NCBI GenBank assembly: GCA_964016885.1
Contig: OZ024752.1
Coordinates: forward strand, 50,344,001-50,408,000
Origin: Eledone cirrhosa
Taxonomy: Eukaryota
Length of the DNA: 64,000 nucleotides
Direction: 5' to 3'
The position numbers were made by a program, and so were the translations under genes. The notes under the pieces were generated by a model that was not told where the DNA came from, made no database searches, and worked only from the letters and a program-made list of their open reading frames with translations. Positions 27,305 through 40,070 of the stretch are shown here, piece after piece (position 1 is the stretch's first letter; each line of letters starts with the position of its first letter).

Positions 27305-28107
27305 CATGGATCTAAAATGATAGAACCTAAACCAAAATAATAGTAATATACTGAAACTATTTTTTAAGATTTGAATATTCAAATAGACAAAACTGGAGTG
27401 AAATTTATTTCTGTTTCAGAAGTCATCTTACTAAATAAGTTACCTCCATTTGACTAATTATCGACTAATTTGAATTATATTTTTTTTTAATGAAAGAACA
27501 AAGAAAGTTATTAGAACTATTTTATTTTTAAATATTTTTTATGAAAATTTATAAAAACAAGTAAACTATCCCAACCATAAGAATTCATTTTGTTGTGTTG
27601 TTGCTGTTGTTTTTTTATTCATTTTTTAATTACAGACAAGAAAATATTGAATTAAATGTTTTCCAATGTTAAATATAACTGTAAATTTTAGATCTTTATT
27701 TTTAAAGATCACCTTGATTATTTATCAATAATTAGACAATCATTTAGTGAAATGGCTAACATTTTCTTTTTTATTTTAGATATATCGACCTTTTTTTTTT
27801 TTTGTCCTGTTTTGACTTTTTATGCTAAGACATTCAGTTTCTTTCCCCAAATCCATTCATCAAAATTTTTTCCATTATTTACTTGATTTTCGTTCTTCAA
27901 AATAAACTCAGAAATGAACATTTTCATAACTATTCTTATGATCAATAACACCAACCATTTGAAAGACTATTTTCCCCACTTTAGCAGGGTTTAGCCTTGC
28001 TGGTCCCCTGATAGGCTTCATATTTATGGTGGGATACTTTTAAGGCAATGTTTTATGGCCAGATGCCCTGCTTGACACCAACTCTTTTAATCACCTCTTA
28101 AAACATG

Positions 28108-28592
28108 CAGGGATATGGTATACCTATTCTAAACTAGATACACACAGGGATATGATGTACCTATTCTAAGCTAGATACAAACAGGGATATGGTGTACCTA
28201 TTCTAAGCTAGATAAATATAGGAATATGGTGTGCCTATTGTAAACAAGATAAATATAGGGATATGGTGTGCCTATTGTAAACAAGATAAATATAGGGATA
28301 TGGTGTGCCTATTGTAAACAAGATAAATATAGGGATATGGTGTGCCTAGTGTAACCAAGATAAATACAGGGATATGGTGTGCCTAGTGTAACCAAGATAA
28401 ATACAGGGATATGGTGTGCCTATTGTAAACAAGAAAAATACAGGGATATGGTGTGCCTATTGTAAACAAGAAAAATATAGGGATATGGTGTGCCTATTCT
28501 AAGTTAGATACATACAGGGATATAGTGTACCTATTCTAAACAAGATACACACAGGGATATGGCGTACCTATTCTACACTAGATACATACAGA
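28108..28592. repeat. 37-bp tandem repeat, about 13 copies
   Basis: Unit agggatatggtgtgcctattgtaaacaagataaatat. Confidence 0.92.
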
Positions 28593-29600
28593 AATATTAT
28601 AATCAGTATTAAATAGATCATCTTTTTAGATATGAAAAAAATTCTAGAGTTTTTAACTTCTGAAAATATTGCAATTTTAGAAAATGATGCTTCAAATTAA
28701 GATATTTTTTTCTCTTACTCTCTGTTTTGAGTTCAACTCAAACAAACACACAAACACACAAAAACAATCTAAAAGTGATATTTGAAGCAAGAACGAAGGT
28801 GGTACAAGAATGAGTTCACTGGCAAACAATAGATATATCTAAAGCAATACCTCAGATAAGACAAATCTGAATAACAGAAAGAATGGGAAAGATGAAGAAA
28901 TCTTTATAGTTGAGGAAATCTGAGAAATTGATAACAGTATGTGGTGATAGAGTGGGAAAAAAAGAAATGAGTGTTAAATGGAAAGAGCTAGAATTGTTTA
29001 AAAAAAAAAAAAAGAACTGCCTTGTCTTTCAAAGCTTAAGAACAAAACTAATGTAATGTATGTTGTAGATATAAGAATGTGTCTGGACCCTTTGATATCA
29101 AATATCTTATTCATAGTGATCAGTTTATAGTGTCTTGTCTATAATAAAATATTCTTCATCAATCCTTTTATAGTTTTCTTACTAAATCAAGATAATATAA
29201 TAGAAATCTTTCATTCCTTTTTTTTTTCCTTTTCTTTTCTTTTCCATTTTGTTATTTGTGATATAGTGTTAGACAAAAAAAAAAATAATAGTGGTAATAA
29301 TAATAGTGAAAGATCCAAAAAGAGCAAAAAAGTAATATCTAAAAAAAGGAACCATATATTTGATATTCTTTGATTCTTCCATTATAAATCCCTTCAGATA
29401 AACTTATTAGTTACTCCCTCTTACCTCTACAATATATTATCATGAAAATAATGAATAACTTCACAGAAATATATATAATATGATATTATATTATATTATA
29501 TTATATTATATTATATTATATTATATTATATTATATTATATTATATTGTTCATCAATGCCACAAGTAAAGAAATGGTTTATATATAAGTGTGTGTGAGTT

Positions 29601-29638
<38 letters not shown>

Positions 29639-29841
29639 CTTGAGGAAGTTAAGAAAACTTTTGGGAGATTGGATATAGTGTTATCAATCTGTGACTGTCT
29701 TGAAGTATAAAAAGAGAAACAAGATTACTTTGTGAAATTACTAAATCTTATTTGTTTGAATTGTAAAACAGTTATTAAAATAGTTACATTAATCTACATT
29801 GGTATTGCAAGGTATATTGAGACAACAATACAACAATTATT

Positions 29842-30837
29842 TTAACCCTTTCGTTACCATATTCTTAATGATAGGCATTCAGTTTGAATTAACAACTAAA
29901 GAATTTGCAGTGATTTACGAAAATTATTATTTCATTAAAATAGCATTTGTAATGTAACAAAAACATTCTTATATCAAATTATGTTGGAAGATTTTATTTT
30001 AAATAGGAACGCTTTAAAACAGGTGATTTTGTTTCATAGAACCAGAGCTGGTTTGGGACTGGTTAGTACCAGAGCTGGTTTGGGACTGGTTAGTACCAGA
30101 GCTGGTTTGGGACTGGTTAGTACCAGAGCTGGTTTTGGACTGGTTAGTACCAGAGCTGGTTTTGGACTGGTTAGTACCAGAGCTGGTTTTGGACTGGTTA
30201 GTACCAGAGCTGGTTTTGGACTGGTTAGTACCAGAGCTGGTCTTGGACTGGTTAGTACCAGAGCTGGTTTTGGACTGGTTAGAACCAGAGCTGGTTTTGG
30301 ACTGGTTAGTACCAGAGCTGGTTTGGGACTGGTTAGTACCAAAGCTGGTTTTGGACTGGTTAGTACCAAAGCTGGTTTTGGACTGGTTAGTACCAGAGCT
30401 GGTTTGGGACTGGTTAGTACCAGAGCTGGTTTGGGACTGGTTAGTACCAGAGCTGGTTTGGGACTGGTTAGTACCAGAGCTGGTTTGGGACTGGTTAGTA
30501 CCAAAGCTGGTTTTGGACTGGTTAGTACCAGAGCTGGTTTGGGACTGGTTAGTACCAGAGCTGGTTTGGGACTGGTTAGTACCAGAGCTGGTTTTGGACT
30601 GGTTAGTACCAGAGCTGGTTTGGGACTGGTTAGTACCAAAGCTGGTTTTGGACTGGTTAGTACCAGAGCTGGTTTTGGACTGGTTAGTACCAGAGCTGGT
30701 TTTGGACTGGTTAGTACCAGAGCTGGTTTTGGACTGGTTATTACCAGAGCTGGTTTTGGACTGGTTAGTACCAGAGCTGGTTTTGGACTGGTTAGTACCA
30801 GAGCTGGTTTTGGACTGGTTAGTACCAGAGGAGTTAA
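29842..30837. mobile_element. MITE-2 with its subterminal 27-mer amplified about 29 times (30041-30830)
   Basis: TTAAccctttcgttacc start; array of accagagctggttttggactggttagt; ends agaggagTTAA. Confidence 0.85.
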
Positions 30838-31105
30838 GGTTATTTTTCCTGCTAAAGTTGTGGGGTTACCCTCGTGGACTTCATAATTGACTTCATACTC
30901 AATATGGGGTACTTTTTCTGGCAATATTTTACAGTCAGATACCCTTTCAGGCAATCTTTCCAGTTACCTCTTACAACACCGAGATATGATGTACCTATTC
31001 TAAACCAAATACACACAGTAAAGTATATTGGATACATACTGCAAAGTATGTTGAGAATATATATATAATTATTTTTTTTAACATAATATTTTTCTTAACA
31101 CATTT

Positions 31106-31260
31106 AATAATTGTTTCTACTTTTGGCACAAGGCCAGCAATTACCCCAGTGTATTACTGGTACTTTATTTTATCGACCCCGTAAGGATGAAAGGCAAAGT
31201 TAACCTTGGCAGGATTTGAACTCAGATCATAAAGTACCGTAACTCTTTGCTGCCAATCCG
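31106..31260 (-). mobile_element. SINE A, internally deleted
   Basis: Family homology. Confidence 0.85.
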
Positions 31261-31544
31261 TGACAGCGTTATTAACACATTTAATAATGCTGTCACATCA
31301 AGGAGATTAAATTAATTTATTTTTTAATCAACTCAAACCCAAGTTAACCAAATATGTACATATATAATTAACAAGAAAGCATAAATAGTAATATCTAAAT
31401 AAAATATAAACAACTGAGTGGGTTGTTCAACTATATCTAAGCCTTATTTAACCCAAAATAAAGCACAAAACCAACTTCCTAGTAGATCTTGCCTACTATA
31501 AGGTTTACCAATTCTTATAGAACAAAAACTAACACCCAAACACA

Positions 31545-31915
31545 GCTTGAGTAGTTATGTAGTTCACTTCACAACCATGTGGATTCAGGTTGAGCATCTT
31601 AGACAAGTGTCTTCTACTATAGCCTCGGGTTGACTAAAGCTTTGTGAGGGAAATTTTGTAGAAGAAAACTATGTTGAAACCCATCCTATATGTGTGTTTG
31701 TGAATATGTGTATATGTGAGTATCATCATCATCGTTTAGCGTCTATCTTCCACGGGTTAGAGTATGTATATGATAGGCTTCTGCACAGTTTCTGTCAAGC
31801 ATATTTCCCTCACGAAGCATCGGTTATTCTAGAAGACATTATTCCAAAGTTCCACGTAGTGTGACTGAACTCAAAACCACGTGGTTGCAAATCAAAACCA
31901 CACAATCATGGCTGC
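31545..31915. mobile_element. Inverted pair of degenerate SINE family C copies
   Basis: caaccatgtgg..caagtgtcttctactatagcc on + versus tagaagaca..ccacgtggttg on -. Confidence 0.55.
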
Positions 31916-32038
31916 ATCTTCCTTTCAATTAAGTTTTTATGAAACCCTCCATAGTGATAACGCCATTTATAATGATGATAGAATATATAGTATAGGTTCA
32001 TCGTAAACAAATCTAAGCTAAGTACCCATCAGCAAATA

Positions 32039-32069
<31 letters not shown>

Positions 32070-32074
32070 ATATA

Positions 32075-32880
32075 CTGGCCAGTCTGTTCGGTAGGACCTT
32101 CCGCCCGGGACCGATGGACAACTTCCAAAAGTCCCTGGCCTGGCAGTGCTACCGAGGAGCTCTACCAGTTCGAGACAAGCTCTACAGACATGGGCGCCCG
32201 GGCAGGGACCCTGCAAAAAAGATCTGTCCGAGGTGCGTGCGAGACGAAGAAACCGTCGCGCACGCATTCATACACTGCCCGGGCGTCACTGACCTGTGGG
32301 GATATGTAGAACGACTATTGTCGCGGGTGGGACCAATCCAGTTGACCACCGAGTCCATTGTCATGATCAAACCGCCACCCTCCTTCAAAAACGAAGGAGA
32401 GGCGGTTTTCCTTTGTGTGATAGCTATGGCGAAAGAGGTTGTATGGTGGACAAGGTTGAAAGGGCTGAGGTCAGACACCTTTCTCTCCGGCCAACAACTG
32501 ATTCTTTTTTTCAAATACCACTTTGGAAGAAGAATCAGGATGGAGAGAGAGGTGCTGTACCCCAGCAAGTTTTATGAAAGGTGGGTGAAAGTGGCGAGAA
32601 TGGCCCGAGTGAATGGGCCTTCTCTCTATATCAGCCTGTAGATTGAGGAAAAGGAGGAGGAGAGGAAAGGAGTACAAGCTCTTCGTACTCCTGGAGATGA
32701 GGGTTGCACATTTTTTCGGGGGTATGCGTTACCCATATAAACTGTCTCCCTCTATTGGGGAAAATCGACTAACTTTTAAATTCCATCTGTGATAACATTT
32801 TACACGTTTTTACTGTATGTAAACTTCCCCCTTTGTATTTGTCCCCTTCTTTTGTGCCCCTGTGGCTAATAAAGAAATAT
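32075..32880 (+). mobile_element. Tx1/L1-clade LINE, 5'-truncated: ORF2 C-terminus with CCHC zinc motif plus 3' UTR
   Basis: SLAWQCYRGALPVRDKL...CPRC..EETVAHAFIHCP is a typical zf-RVT motif; frame open to 32641; AATAAA near the end. Confidence 0.88.
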
Positions 32881-33207
32881 ATCTATCTATATATATATAT
32901 TTATAAAATAATAATCATCATCATCATCATATATATATATATTAAAAAAGAATTTCACAATGTTAGCCATTCAAAAATCAAATGATGATTGCTGAAGAAT
33001 TTAATGAAAGCATACTTTGATTGTTGTTCAAAAATAAACAGGAACAGAAGATTGAAAGCCAATATCTAAGTTTTGATGGATTTATCACGATGCTAGAACA
33101 ATAACATAGATTTAGGGCAGAACTAATCACTATATCATTTTGTCCACACATGACTGTTAATAAAAAGGATCTTTGAAAACTCATGATGAAATAAAGAAAA
33201 GAAAAAA

Positions 33208-33212
33208 TTATA

Positions 33213-33275
<63 letters not shown>

Positions 33276-33325
33276 ACATACATATATATATATACATAAT
33301 ATATAATATATACATACATATATCT

Positions 33326-33402
<77 letters not shown>

Positions 33403-33429
33403 CATATGTATATATGTATACATATATAC

Positions 33430-33503
<74 letters not shown>

Positions 33504-33533
33504 ATACATATATATATACATATATATACATAC

Positions 33534-33566
<33 letters not shown>

Positions 33567-33656
33567 CATATATACATATATTATATATATACATATATTA
33601 TACATATATATATATACATATGTACATATATATATATTATACATATATATATATAC

Positions 33657-33698
<42 letters not shown>

Positions 33699-33699
33699 G

Positions 33700-33771
<72 letters not shown>

Positions 33772-33772
33772 C
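33208..33772. repeat. (TA)n/(CA)n compound microsatellite
   Basis: Read directly from the sequence. Confidence 0.95.
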
Positions 33773-34389
33773 AGGGAGAGGAAGAAAGAAGATATTCATC
33801 ACAAATAAATCTAAGTATAAACACAATAAAGAACTATCCTTTTCTTTCATGAAAAGACTTACGTCTATTATAAAGAGATGGAATTATATATAATGAAATT
33901 TTCAATAGTTTACATGCCACTGTACATAGCTTTCTTCAGCAAGTAGAAAAAGGCATGTCAAAGACACATAAGTAGTAGAAAGATTACAACAAAATGCCTT
34001 CCTAAACACCTTCCATTCTAACAACTTTAGAAACACTTCTGTCTTTTTTATTATTATTATTATTTTGTTTTCATTTAGGAGGAGGCATTTCTTTTTGTCT
34101 GTTACCTATCATATTTCTTTTGTAATAAAGAAAACTTTTCTTGGAAAATATCAGATTTACAAGATAAGATATTGTTTTATTGGAAGGTAAGAATATTGTA
34201 TGAACAATTTTGAATTCAGGATTATCTTAGAAAGGACTAGAATACATTTTGGTTCAAAAACATTTTAAGATATTCTATTAGAAAATATGTGAAAGTCATT
34301 TCTTTTATATTACTTTTAAGACAAAAACAAAATGAATATAACAACATGTTTAAGTACAATTCTTCGGTAGTAGAGAATTTCTTTATTAT

Positions 34390-34825
34390 AAGGCGGTGGA
34401 TTGGCAGTATCGGTAGAGGGTCGGACGCCATGCTTTGCAGCATAGAGTTATGGCCCTTTACGAGTTCAAATCCCGCCGAGGTTAACTTTGCTTTTCGTCC
34501 TTACAGGGTCAATAAAACAAAGTACCAGTAATGCACTGGGGTAATTGCTGGCCTTGTGCCAAAAGTAGAAACAATTATTATTAGTAGTAGTGACAAGGGC
34601 GGTGGATTAGCAGTGTCGTTAGAGCGTCGGACTACATCCTTTATGGCATAGAGTTACGCCCCTTCACGACCTGAGTTCTAATCATGTCGAGGTTAACTTT
34701 GCCTTTCATCTTTACGGGGTCGATAAAATAAAGTACCAGTAATGCACTGGTGTTGATTTAATCGACTCTCACACACCCCCTCCTTCAAATTGCTGGCCTT
34801 GTGCCTAAATCAGAAACCATTATTA
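34390..34825 (+). mobile_element. Two tandem SINE A copies (34390-34585, 34596-34825)
   Basis: Family homology. Confidence 0.9.
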
Positions 34826-34952
34826 GTAGTGACAGTAACTGCACAAAGCATATTGTCCGATGCTCTACCGATACTGCCAATCCACTGTCCTAGTGGTACC
34901 TAAACAAACTACATATATAACTTCAGTAAAAAAAACTAGTTCTCCCACTTAC

Positions 34953-35122
34953 CTTGAACATAAACACCTTTCTCTGGATGTTCTTTCAAACTCATCGAGT
35001 ATTTGGTGTCCTTCCCAAGTAAATCATGTATTTCCTCATTGTAAATTTCAAGATAAGAAGATCGTATAAGAAATTTCGTTTTTTCTGCAATTGATACTGT
35101 TTCAAATATGTGTTCAAATGCC
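34953..35122 (-). CDS. KIF17: Internal coding exon (170 nt) of a kinesin-2 motor domain, KIF17/OSM-3-like
   Basis: Acceptor tatttcttcttctttcAG, donor AG|GTAAGT. Translation (R)[56 protein letters not shown] contains the kinesin [11 protein letters not shown] motif and closely follows KIF17 as recalled ([46 protein letters not shown]). Confidence 0.92.
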
Positions 35123-35159
35123 CTGAAAGAAGAAGAAATACATCATCATCATCACCATC

Positions 35160-35708
35160 ATAATAATAATAATAATAATAATAATTGTTTCTACTTTAGG
35201 CACAAGGCCAGTAATTACCCAGTGCATTACTGGTACTTTATTTTATCGACCCCTGTAAGGATGAAAGGCAAAGTCAACCTCGGCGGGATTTGAACTCAGA
35301 TCGTAAAGGGACGTAACTATGCTGGAAAGCATGGCGTCCGACCCTATACCGATACTGCCAATCCACCGCCCTAACATGGCGTCCGACCCTCTACCGATAC
35401 TGCGAATCCACCGCCCTAACATGGCGTCCGACCCTCTACCGATACTGCCAATCCACCGCCCTAACATGGCGTCCGACCCTCTACCGATACTGCCAAATGA
35501 TTTCATCCACAAAGGCCGACATAATAATTGTTTCTACTTTTGGCACAAGGCCAGCAATAATTACCCAGTGCATTACTGGTACTTTATTTTATCAAGACCG
35601 TAAGGATGAAAGGCAAAGTTAACCTCGGCGGGATTTGAACTAAGAATGGAAAGGGCCGTAACTCTATGCGTCAAAGCATGGCGTCCGACCCCCTACCGAT
35701 ACTACCAA
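35160..35708 (-). mobile_element. Two SINE A copies (35160-35372, 35520-35708) with a 45-bp head repeat between them
   Basis: Family homology; catggcgtccgaccct..gccctaa starts at 35330, 35375, 35420 and 35465. Confidence 0.9.
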
Positions 35709-35746
35709 TAATCAACAAAGTTAGCAAACAATGTTTGATTTTTTTC

Positions 35747-35795
<49 letters not shown>

Positions 35796-35979
35796 TTATT
35801 AAATCATCACATTGTTTTATACGTTATTGAAAACTGTTCACTGCTAGAACAAAAAGATGGCGATGGTCATTTATAAAACAGAGTATTAGCAATTGGAAAG
35901 ACCAATGGAAACATTGTCTCCTCGGTCCGATTTGACGAAAGTCGATCGACTGTCTCTCTCTCTTAGCCTAAGATTGAAA

Positions 35980-36046
35980 CCTTTGGCGGGCCGGACAAAA
36001 ATCCTTTGTCCTCACAGTCCAGGGGTTGCCAATCGCTGCTCTATAT
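35980..36046. mobile_element. Possible hAT MITE terminus
   Basis: gcgggccggac...ggttgccaatcgctg-ctctata resembles Charlie-type ends. Confidence 0.35.
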
Positions 36047-39000
36047 AGTTCAACATTCCAAAATGTTGTTTTTTCTATGTTAATGTCAACACTCCATACT
36101 CTATAATCTACTTACCCTACATGGTTCAACATATCAACATTTTATCTTTAGTTTGTTTTATTTCTATTTTGCGTTTGTTTTTGTTTGTTTGTTTATTGCA
36201 GTAGGGGGAGAAGAGGGTTCCGCATAATTAAAATTTTGAAATTGTCTTTTGTTTTTGCTTTTGTTTTCTATGTGAATGAAAAATAGATGAAAACGAAAGA
36301 TATGATAATTTTTATTGCAAATGTATCAAAAGTCATATCCATTTTCTTGCATATCGCCATGACTATATCAGATGTCAATCACTAACTAAAATCATTTATT
36401 GGAATCTAAACGCTAAATTAAATAATGATAGAAAAACATTTATAATTTCAAGTTATAATGGGGGGGGGGGGGAGCAAATAATACTATTTCATTTTTCTTC
36501 TTTTCTTCTTTTTTTATTTTTTTTTAGTGATGTTTTGAAGCCTAATCTGTGGAATGTAATACTACCAATCATGAACCCTTTTGTCACCATATCTCATGAA
36601 CCCTTTTCTCACCATATTTCTAATGAAATATATCCTCGTAGTGTTTCAAATAATTTTGAAAATAATCAAGAATTGTTGGGGAGGGGTTGTGATATAAATA
36701 ATGACAATTACAATACAAGCTAAGGTCATTCTCCTCACAAAAGAAAGTGTTAGCAATGCATGCCGCTTCAGATAGGGTCCTTTTTTAAGACAAGGTTTTA
36801 CAGTCATATGCCCTTCTTGGTGCCTACAACATGAAGGGATATAGGGTACCTATCCTAAGATATATAACTTTCTCATTATTAAGCTAATGTTTAGAACATA
36901 ACAAAGGTTCTTAGATAAAATTATGGTGGGAGGATTTTAGGTAAATATAAACACTTTAAAAGAAACAGTTTTGATCTGTTTCTGCCACTAACTTTGTAAA
37001 AGGGAAAAGCTAATCCATAGCTCATACCAAGAAAACTGTTTCCATTGAGTTTTTTCCACTGCTGATACTATTTGTCAGTTACAACTCCTAGAAAAGAATC
37101 ACCACTACCCTTAGTCCAGATTAACTAATAATAAAAAAAAGCACATTCACCCATTTTAATTCATTTGCTTCATATATGTGTGATTTCTATCACAGTATTT
37201 ATCATAGATTTCTATCACAGTATTTATTCCAGTTTCTTGCATTCTTAGTTCAAATTCAGTTGAGGTCACCCATGCCCAATATCTCCAGGCCTTGCATGCA
37301 CTAATCACTACACCCAGTCCTTCCTTTACATTATGACATTAGCACATGGCATTAGATCTAATTTCAAACATTTTCACCTTCATATTATTATAGTTAAGTA
37401 GTAGGGAGACTGAATCTGGTTCCATAATATGTTTCTGACAAATTATTATCTAGTTCAGCAAAATAAATAATCCAGTATGAGTCTGGAACCAAGGATGCTT
37501 GTAAATCTGTAAATCTGTAAATCTTTTAGATTATCATAAGCAAAATAAATCAACAAAAGTATGTTTTATCATAGGTCTAAAGTTAATAACCTTGCATTAA
37601 TTCAATGCCATAATCAAATTTATTCATAAACAGAGTCTTTTCGTTATAAAGTTATCATATGTGAAAGAATAACTGGTATAATATAACTGATTATTTCAAC
37701 AGTACTAAAACGGTTATCTTTTTATTTCTTTTTCCCCCAATGAACACTTTAAATTGTATATTCCTCAGAAGCAATTATCTTATTTTACTTCATCAACAAA
37801 CATGGAATCCTTTCAAAGTAGATATTTACAGTTATATATTTCTATACTTTTTCCTTTAATTGGTGCCGAATAAATTCCTTTTAAGATTATTTTGACAACA
37901 CATTATCTAGTTCAAGATTTTATGTTAATATTGTTCCTACAAACTAAATTGACTTGCTACTTTTCTAAGTTTATTCAAACAGTGAAAGTATTAAATTAAA
38001 AATTCAATTGGTTTCAAAGATTATATTTAATTGCAATTTCAGAGAGAAAATTTATATATCTTTACTTGACAAAGGTTTCATTAAGCTGTTGCTGCTTTAA
38101 ATATTTATAAATGAAGCATTATAAATGTATTAACATGTTTACTTCTTTGTTGTTGTGTGTGCATGAGTGTGTGTGTATGAGTGCATGAGTGTGTGTGTGT
38201 ATGAGTGCATGAGAGTGTGTGTGTGTTTGTTTGTTTTTATATTTTTATTTCCAACAAAGATTTTAAATATTATTACTGATTACTTTCTTCATTAACTTAA
38301 CATTGTTAATAACCTTTTCAAAAATAATTAAAAAAACATATTTTTATATTTTGCATGTAGATCTTCCATGTGATGATATAATTGCAAACTAGAAAGTGTG
38401 AACAATATTTAGTCGTTCAGAGAAGAAAAGTTTACTAACAAGATTTCTAGAAATTTTAATAATAACCAAGATAAGAAATTTAGCTGCAGGAAATCTTTTC
38501 CAAGTGAATAATGGAAAATATTGCAACAGATAAATTCCAAAATACACCATTTAATCTCTCATTTCTCATATCTTATCCAGTTATTTTTATTCATATGTTC
38601 TTCATTTTTCATGCTTCCACTATTTGATCATTATTCCACACAAGTGTCTCAATTATGTGATTATTCTATTGTAGTTTCTATGTCCATTCCCAATGCTTCA
38701 GGGAGCTTTCCCCTCTTAGCTTCACACTCCTCTCACATCCATTGATGTTATATAATATAGCAACATTTAATTTGTTGCTGGCATGTCTATGCTATGGTTG
38801 AGGCAGTTGGTATCACTTCTCATTTGAAATGATTTCTTTATATTCTTCTGGAATTGAAAGAAATGAACTCTTTTCCCCCATTATGACACCTCGACTGACA
38901 TTAAATGAAGTCCTGCCAAGAAATTAACAGACACTACTGCCAGGAAAATAGCAGTAACAAATCCAAAGACTCAATCATTGGTGAAATAATAATCTATATT

Positions 39001-39351
39001 ATAATAACTACAGCTTTTTGTCTGTCACTAGAATGCTACATATTGTCATCTAACCCATGCCAGCGTAGAAGAATTGACATAAAATGATGATGATGTCACA
39101 TAGATTCTCAACATTTTATATAGAATTCATGGAACACAAATGTAAGACAAAAGAAAGAGGGCAAATGGAAAATGTTCTAAAATGTTTTCTCTTAAAATTA
39201 TTATGGAAAGTTTTTTAGATAAATATAAATAAAACATTGAACCATAAGTGGTCTCAGGTCGTTTAGAATCAAAAGGGTATTAGGTCTGCTCCCTCTCAAT
39301 TCACCTGGAGCTAAACAACAACATCAATAACATCTTTTTTGTTTTGTAAGC

Positions 39352-39640
39352 TTTGAGAGATCACAGCTCCGATACTATGGACATGTAGTTAGAATGTCTC
39401 AGGAAAGAATTGCTGGACAGATTTAACAGACAAAACCAACAGGTAGGAGACCCAGGGGTAGACCCCGAGCAAGATGGTTGGATAACATCCATGAGCTTGG
39501 CTGGTCTCACTTGGGAATCGAACCAGTTCAGCTGGAGATGGTTGCTTCTGACAGGACTCATTGGAAGGAGTGTTTGAGGACTCTGCCCTCACAGCGCTCT
39601 CAGGAATGAGTGGGCAAAGAAAAAGAAGAGAAGAAGAAGC
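39352..39640 (+). mobile_element. Expander/Rex3-like RTE LINE 3' end
   Basis: Translates ERSQLRYYGHVVRMSQERIAGQI*QTKPTGRRPRGRPRARWLDNIHELGWSHLGIEP..; (GAA) tail. Confidence 0.82.
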
Positions 39641-39874
39641 TTTATAACAAGGAATCAATAACTTTTTGGCAAAGTATCATGACAATTTGGATTTCAGTTC
39701 TTTTAATTTATATAAAAAATAGAATTTTATTTCTTGTCCTAACACAGCTGATACATAAATGTAAGTATTATGTGCATACTTACATTTAATTTATATATAT
39801 TATTAATATATATATATTATTCAGTGGCAATAAATTTACCCTTTTGTCATCCTCATCAGCAGCATTTAACATCA

Positions 39875-40070
39875 TATCCCGGTAGAAGAAAGCCGCAGTA
39901 GAGGAAGACCACGAAAAACATGGGCGGAGGTGGTGAGAGCAAACTTCAGATTGCTAAAGCTCACAAAAGAGATGACGAAGGACTGTGACAAGTGGAGAGA
40001 TGCTGTGCTAAATAGGACCCGTCCCACCCTTGCAAGCAGGGAAAAGCGGACGATGATGATGATGATGATG
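39875..40070 (+). mobile_element. RTE LINE 3' fragment
   Basis: Matches 41762-41968. Confidence 0.88.

Noticed and set aside
29370-29400. SEGIYNGRI on the minus strand resembling kinesin EGYNGTI
   Set aside because: It lies on the wrong side of the real exon, has no following P-loop and no splice context.
29981-30954. 250-306 aa repeat-protein ORFs
   Set aside because: Translation of a 27-bp array inside a TTAA MITE.
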